Position numbers and translations under genes: made by a program. Below are positions 1 to 8,105 of a DNA stretch of 45,501 nucleotides, piece by piece. Position 1 is the stretch's first letter. Each line of letters begins with the position of its first letter. The stretch is from contig JBGANF010000056.1 in assembly GCA_044222475.1 (NCBI GenBank), positions 1 through 45,501 on the forward strand, read 5' to 3'. The stretch is from Polyangiaceae bacterium (GTDB taxonomy: Bacteria > Myxococcota_A > Polyangia > Polyangiales > Polyangiaceae). The notes under the pieces are model-generated. The model made no database searches, was not told the origin of the DNA, and saw only the letters and a list, made by a program, of their open reading frames with translations.

Positions 1-2
1 TC

Positions 3-986
3 GGCGAGGACGCGTTCACGCTCCTCTGCCGCGAGGGCGTTCTCGAGCCTGCCGGTCAGGCGGAGACGTACCCGTGCCCCGGGAGCGGACGGAGTTGCCC
101 GCGCGTCGTCGTGCCAGTGCCTCGGAACACGGCTACGCCGTATCTCGCCGTGTGCGGCGATCGCCGTGGCTGCGTGAGCGTCCCGCTCACCGAGGAGCAG
201 ACGCGCGTGCACGCCCTCAACCGTCGCGCGTGGGTCGCGCTCCTCCGAAGAGCGTACGCGCTCGAGGGTCCCATCTCGTACGACGTCCCGGGCGCGTTCG
301 GCCTCTGGTCGCTCGGGCACGCGCGTGGACGAGACGTGCTCCTCGCCGAGAAGCCCGACGGCCACAATCTCCTCGAGGTCGTGCTCGCGCGGGAGGGCCT
401 GCCTCGCCGCACGCGCCTCCTCGTGCCGACGACCACCCGCGTCGACGACTTCCTCGTCGCTCGTTGCCGGCCGGGGCAACACGTCGAGGTGGCCATTCTC
501 GAGGACGAGCTCGCGATCGAGGACGGCGACCTCGTCGTCGTGTCGGGCGCGACCGTCGCGGCCGATCCTGAGCCGCCCCGCGCGGTGCGTCCGCGCGCCT
601 TCGAGCTGCCGCCGGGCGCGTCGTGGCGCGATCTGCGCCTCTACCGCGTCGACGGCCACACCGTGAGCGTCCGCGGTGCGGGCGTCCACCGACGGCTCAC
701 GTACATCGATCTCGGCATGGCGTCCGAGAAGAGCCGCGAGCCCACGAGGGCGTGGGAGCTCCTCATGGCCCTCTGCGAAGGTGGCGGGACGCTTCGCTGG
801 CGCGGCGACGCCGTGGCCGTGAAGCGCCAGGTCTCCACGCTCCGCGCGCAGCTCAAGGAGTCTTTCGGGCTCGACGATGATCCGTTCGCTCCGTACGCGA
901 AGGGCGGCTGGCGCTCGCAGTTCGCCGCGTACCCGTCGGCGGACGACGGCGGTGAAATTTCACCGGCGGCCCCCGACGGGTGGTGA
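3..986 (+). CDS. Hypothetical regulator with C-terminal winged-helix-like DNA-binding region (5' partial)
   Basis: The frame of ORF 111..986 is open back to base 3 (GEDAFTLLCREGVLEPAGQAETYPCP...). The C-terminus 'AWELLMALCEGGGTL...VKRQVSTLRAQLKESFG...GGW' resembles an OmpR-type wHTH. Confidence 0.6.
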   Translation, partial: GEDAFTLLCREGVLEPAGQAETYPCPGSGRSCPRVVVPVPRNTATPYLAVCGDRRGCVSVPLTEEQTRVHALNRRAWVALLRRAYALEGPISYDVPGAFGLWSLGHARGRDVLLAEKPDGHNLLEVVLAREGLPRRTRLLVPTTTRVDDFLVARCRPGQHVEVAILEDELAIEDGDLVVVSGATVAADPEPPRAVRPRAFELPPGASWRDLRLYRVDGHTVSVRGAGVHRRLTYIDLGMASEKSREPTRAWELLMALCEGGGTLRWRGDAVAVKRQVSTLRAQLKESFGLDDDPFAPYAKGGWRSQFAAYPSADDGGEISPAAPDGW

Positions 987-1095
987 AATTTCACCACCGC
1001 CCCTCCGAGAAATCTTCGGCCCGCGATCCCCAGAAACCCGCGCGGATCTGTCGCCCGCCGGTGAAATCGACATCGAGAGTGGTGAAATTTCACCA
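950..1095. promoter_or_regulatory. Cluster of three perfect GGTGAAATTTCACC palindromes plus one half-site (operator-like)
   Basis: Perfect 14-bp palindrome at 951-964, 982-995 (extends to 20 bp, 979-998) and 1081-1094; half-site GGTGAAAT at 1060-1067. Confidence 0.75.
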
Positions 1096-1172
1096 AGGAG
1101 GGGCGCAGGCAGACGGAGGCCGCGCCCCACGACGGAGGCGGCTCGCGTTCGACCTGCAGAGAGGCAGGTCGC

Positions 1173-1862
1173 ATGGGCTGGAACGACACGAGGGCCGCGC
1201 TCCGGCGCGAGGTGGAACGAGGGAGTCGCACATGGCAGCGAGCGCGCGCCGGGCACGATGCGCTGACCCCGATCGCAACAACGACGGAGCTGACGCGCCG
1301 GCTCGTTGAGGCGCGCAGCTCGGACTGGAGCGGGCGCCGCGCACTCGCCCACGCGCTCCTCGCCGCACACCACGAGGAGCCGTCGCGCGTCCTCTCCTCG
1401 GCGCTCATCCTCGCCTACTGGCCGCTTCTGTCGAGCCTCTGCAGGCGAGGACGCGCGACGCTCGATCGCGAGCAGATCGTGCTCACGTCCTTCGTGCTCG
1501 CCCTCGCTGAGTGCGACTCGGCTCGCGGCGTAGACTCACTCGCGTGGCGTACCCGCCGCCACTTCTTCCGCGCCCTGCGCTCCGAGACGACGCCGCGCTT
1601 CGACGAACTCTACGAGGTCGAGGACACCTCGGCGAGAGCTGAGGACGCCATCGTCCTCCGCGACGCGCTCCGCATGATCGAGGAGCGCCACGGCGTCGCC
1701 GTACTCGCGTCGCTCGGCGACGAGCCGCTGACGCACCTCGCCGCGCGCATGCAGCCGAATGCCGGACCGCGCGCTCGCGAGCGGACCGCCTCCGCCCTGT
1801 ACAAGCGCCGCGAACGCGCGCTCGCCAGCCTGCGCCACGAACTGAACCAGATCTCCGCCTGA
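1173..1862 (+). CDS. Sigma-70/ECF-like phage transcription factor
   Basis: Region-2-like 'LILAYWPLLSSLCRR...DREQIVLTSFVLAL' and region-4-like C-terminus 'PLTHLAARM...ALYKRRERALASLR'. Confidence 0.5.
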   Translation: MGWNDTRAALRREVERGSRTWQRARAGHDALTPIATTTELTRRLVEARSSDWSGRRALAHALLAAHHEEPSRVLSSALILAYWPLLSSLCRRGRATLDREQIVLTSFVLALAECDSARGVDSLAWRTRRHFFRALRSETTPRFDELYEVEDTSARAEDAIVLRDALRMIEERHGVAVLASLGDEPLTHLAARMQPNAGPRARERTASALYKRRERALASLRHELNQISA

Positions 1863-1889
1863 CCAACGACGAAGAAAGGAAGACGCCAC

Positions 1890-2600
1890 ATGAACAACGC
1901 ATGGGACAAGGCCAAGAACCTCGCCGACAAGCACGCCTCGCAGGGGAGCATCTTCGTGCGCCTCCAGAACGACGGAGACGCGGTCGTCGGCGTCTTCTGC
2001 GGTGAGCCGTACGCCCGCGAGGTCTACTGGGACGGCGAGAAGTACGTCGAGGCAACCGCCGACGGGCCGCCACCCGGTGCGACGGCCAAGACGCCGAGCC
2101 TCCGTGTCGCCCTGAACTTCTACGTGCCCTCCGAGGGGACGATGAAGATCGTCGAGGGCGGCACGCAGTGGTTCCGCGATCTCGTGAACGTCCGCGAGAA
2201 GTACGGCCTCGACAAGTGGCTCTTCGAGATCAAGCGGCACGGCAAGCCCAAGGATCCAAAGACCAAGTACACGATCCTCCCCGAGGAGAAGATCGACGAC
2301 GCGCTCCGCGCCACGCTCGCCCGCGTCCCGACGCACGATCTCGCGCAGATGTCGGCGCCGTCCGAGGACGGTGACGCGAGCGGCGGCCCGCGGGTCGTCG
2401 ACGTCGACGTCGCCCGGCAGTTCGCCGATCGGCTCCGCGCCCTCCCGCGCTCGGACGCTGACACGTTCCTCCAGGAGTTCAAGATCGAGCGTCTGCGCGA
2501 TCTGCCCAACGAGCGCGTTCCCGCCGCGCTTCAGCTTCTGATGAAGCTCGAGGCGTCGCACAAGAGCGCGAGCGCTGCGGTCGATCCCTTCGCGGTGTAG
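1890..2600 (+). CDS. Putative phage single-stranded DNA-binding protein
   Basis: Strongly biased coding sequence with RBS. The pattern 'FVRLQNDGD...RVALNFY...MKIVEGG...LFEIKRHG...KTKYTILP' resembles OB-fold phage SSBs; it lies in the replication block and ends with acidic/aromatic 'DPFAV'. Confidence 0.6.
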   Translation: MNNAWDKAKNLADKHASQGSIFVRLQNDGDAVVGVFCGEPYAREVYWDGEKYVEATADGPPPGATAKTPSLRVALNFYVPSEGTMKIVEGGTQWFRDLVNVREKYGLDKWLFEIKRHGKPKDPKTKYTILPEEKIDDALRATLARVPTHDLAQMSAPSEDGDASGGPRVVDVDVARQFADRLRALPRSDADTFLQEFKIERLRDLPNERVPAALQLLMKLEASHKSASAAVDPFAV

Positions 2601-2602
2601 CG

Positions 2603-2779
2603 GTGGATCGAGGCCTGCTCCATAGCGAGGCCGAGGCCGTCTTCCAGCAGCTCCTCTCCAAGTACGGGGCGGAGCTGCCGGACGATGTCCGCACCATCCT
2701 CGCCTACTACCAGTCCTGTCGCCTCACGCTCGACCGCGCTGCGAAGGACGTCATCGGTCTCAAGGGGAGGATCCCGTGA
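2603..2779 (+). CDS. Small hypothetical protein, 58 aa (MDRGLLHSEAEAVFQQLLSKYGAELPDDVRTILAYYQSCRLTLDRAAKDVIGLKGRIP)
   Basis: Not on the ORF track. GTG start 2 nt after the upstream stop, GC3-rich codons, and a stop that overlaps the next start (GTGA). Confidence 0.55.
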   Translation: MDRGLLHSEAEAVFQQLLSKYGAELPDDVRTILAYYQSCRLTLDRAAKDVIGLKGRIP

Positions 2780-2904
2780 ACGAGCGAACCAAGTTCGAGG
2801 AGCTCGTCGACGTCCTCGCGGACGCGCTGTTCGAGATGCTGCTCGAGAGCACCCCCAAGAACGACACCGACGAGGACGGCGATGAGCCCCAAGACGCGGC
2901 CTGA
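2776..2904 (+). CDS. Small acidic hypothetical protein, 42 aa (MNERTKFEELVDVLADALFEMLLESTPKNDTDEDGDEPQDAA)
   Basis: Not on the ORF track. GGGAGG RBS at 2765-2770, GTG start coupled to the upstream stop, GC3-rich codons. Confidence 0.55.
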   Translation: MNERTKFEELVDVLADALFEMLLESTPKNDTDEDGDEPQDAA

Positions 2905-3076
2905 GCTCCTGCCCGTCGTGCGCTCGACGCCGGCGACGCCCGCGTCGCCGTACTCGTGCCCGCATTACCGACCCCTGCCGGGGTCGAAGCGCTGCGTCTC
3001 GTACGACGCCAGCGGCATCTGCACACGCGACGACGAGTTCGTGTGCGTCGAGTGGCTCCGGGTCAACCGCCGGTAA
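2882..3076 (+). CDS. Small Cys-rich hypothetical protein
   Basis: 64 aa with four Cys (CPHY..RCVSY..GICT..FVCVEW); fills the gap before the helicase. Confidence 0.5.
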   Translation: MSPKTRPELLPVVRSTPATPASPYSCPHYRPLPGSKRCVSYDASGICTRDDEFVCVEWLRVNRR

Positions 3077-3102
3077 GCGCCACGCCCCTCTTGGAGGTCT
3101 GC

Positions 3103-4527
3103 ATGTCGAACGTCGACGTGAAGGGAGAGATCTGCCTTCGGCACTACCAGCGCGCGGCCGCGCACGAGATCCAGACGCGCGTCATGCACGGGGCGCGTCG
3201 GATCCTCGTCGTCGCCCCGACCGGCAGCGGCAAGACCGTGCTCTTCGCCCACCTCGCGACGACGGCGCGCTCGCGAGGGCGGCGCGTGCTCATCGTCGCG
3301 CACCGGCGCGAGCTCATTCAGCAGGCGTACGCCAAGCTGCTCGCGAGCGGCCTCGACGAGGCGGACGTCGGCGTCGTCATGGCGTCCGACGCGCGGCGGC
3401 GGCCTGGCGCGAGCATCCAGGTCGCGAGCATCGACACCCTGCGCTACCGAACGCGGCCGCGCGCGGACCTCGTCATCATCGACGAGTGTCACCGGGCGAC
3501 GGCCAAGTCGTACCGGGACCTGACCGACGCCTATCCGGCGGCCATACACCTCGGGTTCACAGCGACGCCCTACCGGAGCGACGGGCGGGGCCTCGGCGAG
3601 ATCTACGAGGACATCGTCGTCGTCGCCTCGATCGGATCGCTCATCGCCGAGGGCTACCTCGTCGAGCCGCGGGTCTTCACGGTACCCACGCTGCCGGACC
3701 TCTCGAAGGTCCGCGTCCGTGGCGGCGACTACGACGAGCGCGCACTCGCGGACGCCGTGAACACGACGTCGCTCGTCGGTGATCTCGTCGAGCACTGGCG
3801 CACGCACGCTGGCGACGTGCGGACGGTGGCCTTCGCAGTCTCGGTCGAGCATTCGAAGCACATCGCCGAGCGCTTCCGCGCGGCCGGGGTCGCTGCCGAG
3901 CACCTCGACGGCGTGACGGCGACCGCCGAGCGCGACGCGATTCTCAAGCGGCTCGCCGCGGGCACCACGCGCGTCGTCGCGAACTGCAACTGCCTCTCGG
4001 AGGGGTTCGACCTGCCGAGCGTGAAATGCGCGATCCTCGCGCGCCCCACGAAGAGCGCCGGCCTCTACCTCCAGCAGGCGGGAAGGATCCTGCGCCCGTT
4101 CGAGGGGCTCCGCGCCATCATCCTCGATCACGCCGGGAGCGCCGCGGTCCACGGTTTGCCGCAGGACGAGCGGGACTTCGCGCTCGACGGCGTCAAGCGT
4201 CGAGGCGCGAGCCGCGAAGCTCCGAGCCGCACATGCCCCGAGTGCTACGCCGTCCTGCGGGCGGCGATGCAGGTCTGCCCCGAGTGCAGCTTCGCGTTCG
4301 CCGCGAAGGAGCTCGTCCCCGAAGAGGACGAGGGCACGCTCGTGGAGCTCACGCCGACAGCGAAGAAGCTGCCCCTGCCGGACGCGCGGCGCGTCCATCT
4401 CGAGCAGTTGCGCGCGCTCGCGCGCTCGCAGCGGCGTGACGAGACGTGGGTCAGCGAGCGCTACCAGGCTCGCTACGGTGAGCTGCCGCCGCTCGACTGG
4501 GCCGCGAGCGCGTGGGGGAGCCCATGA
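3103..4527 (+). CDS. SF2 DEAD/DEAH-box helicase (SSL2/RadD-like) with C-terminal zinc finger
   Basis: LRHYQ Q-motif, APTGSGKT, IIDECH, GFTATP, LSEGFD, QQAGRILR and CPEC...CPEC. ATG at 3103 follows GGAGG. Confidence 0.92.
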   Translation: MSNVDVKGEICLRHYQRAAAHEIQTRVMHGARRILVVAPTGSGKTVLFAHLATTARSRGRRVLIVAHRRELIQQAYAKLLASGLDEADVGVVMASDARRRPGASIQVASIDTLRYRTRPRADLVIIDECHRATAKSYRDLTDAYPAAIHLGFTATPYRSDGRGLGEIYEDIVVVASIGSLIAEGYLVEPRVFTVPTLPDLSKVRVRGGDYDERALADAVNTTSLVGDLVEHWRTHAGDVRTVAFAVSVEHSKHIAERFRAAGVAAEHLDGVTATAERDAILKRLAAGTTRVVANCNCLSEGFDLPSVKCAILARPTKSAGLYLQQAGRILRPFEGLRAIILDHAGSAAVHGLPQDERDFALDGVKRRGASREAPSRTCPECYAVLRAAMQVCPECSFAFAAKELVPEEDEGTLVELTPTAKKLPLPDARRVHLEQLRALARSQRRDETWVSERYQARYGELPPLDWAASAWGSP

Positions 4528-4916
4528 GTGAGCACGAGCTCGCGTTCATGAAGCGCCTGCTCCTCGCGCTCGGGCGCCACCCGTCGCTCCGCGTCTGGCG
4601 CCAGAACGTTGGGCACGTGCCGATCCGCGACGCACGCGGTCGCGTCACGCGCGTCTTCAACGCGGGGCCGCCCGTCGGTGCGGCGGATCTTTCCGGGTAC
4701 GTGCGCCCGGAGGGCTGGCGGCTCGAGATCGAAGTGAAGGGCGACGCCACGCCTCTTCGACGCGAGCAGGAGATCTTCGCCCGGAACGTCACCGCTGGCG
4801 GCTGCGTCTACGTGCTCGCCCGACATGACGCGAGCCAGAGCGTCGAGGACAACCTCAAGGCCGCCGTCTCCGACGTCGAGCGAGCGATCGCCCGCCGGAG
4901 AGCGGCGTGTCCCTGA
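4524..4916 (+). CDS. VRR-NUC family nuclease
   Basis: 'WRQNVG...GAADLSG...EIEVKG...LRREQEIF...GGCVYVLAR' PD-(D/E)xK VRR-NUC pattern; ATGA overlap with the helicase stop. Confidence 0.8.
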   Translation: MSEHELAFMKRLLLALGRHPSLRVWRQNVGHVPIRDARGRVTRVFNAGPPVGAADLSGYVRPEGWRLEIEVKGDATPLRREQEIFARNVTAGGCVYVLARHDASQSVEDNLKAAVSDVERAIARRRAACP

Positions 4917-7900
4917 TCGCCATCGCGCCGACGAAGTTCGCGCGCGGCGTGGAGGGTCCAGCCTCCGACTGGCGCGTGGAGGGCGGATGCCCGACGACGT
5001 ACGAGCGCGTCGAGCTCACCGCGGCGCTCGAGCGGACATACACGACCGACGCCCACCTCGTCGCGTACACGATCCGCTCTCCGTCGGGCGAGCCGCTCGC
5101 GCGCCAGCCTCGGATCAACAAGGGCGGCCTGCCGTGGGTCCTCAGCGAGGGCTTCGTCGTCGAGCAGTCGGTCTTCTTCTGCGATGTCGACAACCCCGAC
5201 CACGCGCCATGGACGCTCCCGCTGCTGGAGCGCGCGCTTCGCGAGTACGAGGAGCTCGAGGTCCTTCGAACCGCGGGCGTCTACCACACTCAACACGGGC
5301 GGCGGATCGTGCAGCCGCTCGCGACGGCCATCCCTGTCGCCGACGTCGAGCCGTACCTGCATCGGTGGCTCCTCGAGCTCGAGTCCGCCGGTCTTCCGTT
5401 CGACCGGGCGTGTCGGGACTGGACGCGCCACTTCCGACTGCCGCATGTGCGCCGAGGCGGGCAGGCGTTCCGGAGTCCTTGGATGCGGCTCGAGCGGATG
5501 ACACCCATCGCGGTCGCGCCCCTGCCTCCGAGGACGAGCGCGGCGATGCCGGTGAGCGTTCGGACGGGTGCGCCTCCGGCGGCGCTCGACTTCAGGGAGG
5601 ATCTGCCCGAGCAGTGGAGCGATCGCGCCGTGATGCTGGCGAAGGCGATTCGCGCGCACGTCTCCGAGGGCTGGCACGACATGTACCTCGCGCTCGGCGG
5701 CGCGCTCCTCCGGCGCGGGCTCGCGCCCGAGCGACTGCCGACCGTCATCGGCGCGGTCGCGACGGCGGCCGGCTCCGAGAAGCCGGAGAGTCACGCCGAC
5801 TCCGCGCGCGACACCGCACAGCGCTACGCCGCACGCCTGCCTTGCACAGGATTCGGCGCGCTCCGTCGTCGATGGCCCGAGGTCGCCGACGCGCTCGACG
5901 ACGCGACGGCCAGCGGTCCCGAGGCACGCACGCGCGCGCAGGCCCGAGAGATCGTGCCGGTGCAGACGCTCGCCGAGACCGTCGCCGCGCTCGAGGGTGC
6001 GCTCCGCGACGCGCCCGATGGGCTCACGGCGATCTCCGCCGAGTGCGGGCTCGGAAAGACCGAGGCGGCCATCCGTGTAGCCGCCGCCCGGTCGAAGTGC
6101 ACGCACACGTCGCCGAGCGCCTCGGGCGCGCGCGCCCCGCTGCACTCGAAGACGAGCATCTCCGTCGACAAGAACGCCCTTGCGGAGCAGATCGTCACCG
6201 ATCTTCGCGCCCAAGGCATCGAGGTGAAGCGCGTCTTCGGGCCTCTCTCTCTCCTGCGCGAAGACGGCACTCCCGAGTGCCGCTTCCACGCTGTCGCCCA
6301 GCCGCTCGTCGAGGGAGGTCAGGCGATGCAGTGGCTCTTCTGCAAGGGCCGGAAGAAGGAGCGCTGCGAGTTCTACGATGAGTGCCGCGCACGAAAGGGC
6401 TTCGACGGCCCGGCGTCCGCACGCATCACGGTCGGACCGCACGCGCTCCTCGGGCAGCTCGACGCCGCGGCGGGCTCGACGGGGCTCCTCATCATCGACG
6501 AGCCGCCGCCCTTCCTCGAGACCGTCGCGATCACGAAGGAGGACCTCCACGTCACGTTCCGCGAGCGGATGTACTTCAACGGCCGGTACACGACGGCACT
6601 GACACCCGTGCTCCAAGCCGTCCGAGGTTGGGTCCACGAGCACGCCGAGCCGGAGACCGCCGCGTCGTTCGAGGCGATCGTCCGGCGTGCCGCGGACGCC
6701 ATCGAACCCGATGTGTGGACGCGCGCCTGTAAGGCCACCGGCCGCAAGATGACCGCGAGCGCGGCCGACGACGCGCTCGCGGTCGCGAAGGACGCGTGCC
6801 CGCCGGGCCTCGAGGCGCTCGGAGTCTCGGCCCCTCCACTCGAGGCCCACGGCGTCTTCATGGCGAAGCGCGATTACGGCTACGCCCGTCGCCTCGGCAC
6901 CGCGTCTCGCGTGCTCGGCGCCCTCTACCGCGTGGTGAAGTCGTCGACGCCCGTGTCGGCACGGGTCGAGGAGCGCCGCGGCGAGCGCGTGCTGCTGCTC
7001 ACGATGATCCGCGCTGGGTTCGACCGGGCTCTCCGACGCGAGGGCTCCGTCGTCGTTACGGACGCGAACGCGAAGGTGCACCTGCCCATCCTGCAGAAGG
7101 CCGTCGGCTACGCGCCCGCGTTCCACGAGTTCGCGGCGACGGACGGTGCACGCATCGACCGCACGCTGCTCCGGTGTCGCTCGGGCACGAGGAAGGCATG
7201 GCTCGCCGCGGGCAAGGTCCGGCTCGACGTGGTCTTGCCGTCCGTGCACGCGATGCTCGATTGGGTGCGAGAGGATCACCGAACCCGGTCGATCGGCGTC
7301 ATCACTTTCAAGCCGCTGCGCGCGGTCCTCGAGGCTGCGGCGCGAGCGGGATCCGAAACCGAGCACTACCGAGCGATCTGCGGAGCGCACGGGATCGAAA
7401 CCGAGCACGCCGATGCGCTCGTCGCGCTACTCGCCGGGTGGGACCTCCGCTTCGGTCACTACGGCGCCGTGCGCGGGCTCAACACGATGGCCGACGTCGA
7501 CGCCGTCGTGACGCTCGGCGACCCGTGGCCACACGTCGGCGAGGTCCGGAACGAGGTCGCCTTCCTCGGCCTCGACAAGCCCTCCGAGGAGCGCCTGGAG
7601 GAGCTGTGCCGCGCAGAGCTCGAGCAGGCCCACGGGCGTATCCGGGCCGTCCACCGCACGCGCCCCGGGCGGGCGCTCCACGTTGGCGCGGTGCTCCCGA
7701 GCGGTTCCGGGTGGGCATCGGGGGGCGTCGAGATCAGGAAGGTGGCGTCGGGGCCGAGCCGAGCTCCCATGCACATGACCATCGACGAACTCCGCGGCGT
7801 GATGGCTTCGTTCGGAGGTCCGGGGCGCGCGGCACGCGTCCTGGGTTGCACGGAGCGGAACCTCTTTCGCTACCTGTCCGGCGAACACCCCGTTCCACAC

Positions 7901-7948
7901 GAACTCGCGGTGCAGCTCCGAGCCGCGAGCCCGATTGCTCGAAATTGA
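4907..7948 (+). CDS. Primase-helicase replication protein (AEP-like primase, PriCT-like region, P-loop helicase with Cys cluster, C-terminal HTH)
   Basis: 'FCDVDN' (DxD), 'YHTQHGRRIV', 'RHFRLP'; 'GWHDMYLALGGAL'; Walker A-like AECGLGKT and Walker B LLIIDEP; four-Cys cluster CRFH..FCKG..RCEFYDEC; terminal 'AARVLGCTERNLFRYLSG' HTH. Confidence 0.7.
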   Translation: MSLIAIAPTKFARGVEGPASDWRVEGGCPTTYERVELTAALERTYTTDAHLVAYTIRSPSGEPLARQPRINKGGLPWVLSEGFVVEQSVFFCDVDNPDHAPWTLPLLERALREYEELEVLRTAGVYHTQHGRRIVQPLATAIPVADVEPYLHRWLLELESAGLPFDRACRDWTRHFRLPHVRRGGQAFRSPWMRLERMTPIAVAPLPPRTSAAMPVSVRTGAPPAALDFREDLPEQWSDRAVMLAKAIRAHVSEGWHDMYLALGGALLRRGLAPERLPTVIGAVATAAGSEKPESHADSARDTAQRYAARLPCTGFGALRRRWPEVADALDDATASGPEARTRAQAREIVPVQTLAETVAALEGALRDAPDGLTAISAECGLGKTEAAIRVAAARSKCTHTSPSASGARAPLHSKTSISVDKNALAEQIVTDLRAQGIEVKRVFGPLSLLREDGTPECRFHAVAQPLVEGGQAMQWLFCKGRKKERCEFYDECRARKGFDGPASARITVGPHALLGQLDAAAGSTGLLIIDEPPPFLETVAITKEDLHVTFRERMYFNGRYTTALTPVLQAVRGWVHEHAEPETAASFEAIVRRAADAIEPDVWTRACKATGRKMTASAADDALAVAKDACPPGLEALGVSAPPLEAHGVFMAKRDYGYARRLGTASRVLGALYRVVKSSTPVSARVEERRGERVLLLTMIRAGFDRALRREGSVVVTDANAKVHLPILQKAVGYAPAFHEFAATDGARIDRTLLRCRSGTRKAWLAAGKVRLDVVLPSVHAMLDWVREDHRTRSIGVITFKPLRAVLEAAARAGSETEHYRAICGAHGIETEHADALVALLAGWDLRFGHYGAVRGLNTMADVDAVVTLGDPWPHVGEVRNEVAFLGLDKPSEERLEELCRAELEQAHGRIRAVHRTRPGRALHVGAVLPSGSGWASGGVEIRKVASGPSRAPMHMTIDELRGVMASFGGPGRAARVLGCTERNLFRYLSGEHPVPHELAVQLRAASPIARN

Positions 7949-7952
7949 CAGG

Positions 7953-8033
7953 GTTCCCTATTAAGAGAATTTCTTAATAGGGAACTCGGTCACTACCGAG
8001 CAAAACCGAGCAAGGGTCCCCTCAAACCGAGCA
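7953..8033. other. Candidate replication origin: AT-rich 14-bp inverted repeat followed by 10-bp direct repeats
   Basis: GTTCCCTATTAAGA (7953-7966), GAATT loop, TCTTAATAGGGAAC (7972-7985); then CTACCGAGCA 7993-8002, AAACCGAGCA 8003-8012 and AAACCGAGCA 8024-8033. Confidence 0.5.
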
Positions 8034-8105
8034 CTCCCGAAAAATCGGATCGCCCATGTCCGATCTCGCCGTGCCGGGTGCCTCTTTCACGTGTGGAGGT
8101 CCCCG

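Noticed and set aside
950..1095. Palindrome cluster as a mini-CRISPR array
   Set aside because: Repeats are only 14-20 bp and spacing is irregular (31 and 99 bp).
4808..7408. Long antisense ORFs (e.g. 4808..7408, 8169..9956, 17716..19596, 22945..24777, 30734..32965)
   Set aside because: Shadow frames of GC3-rich genes on the opposite strand; Arg/Ala-rich with no motifs.
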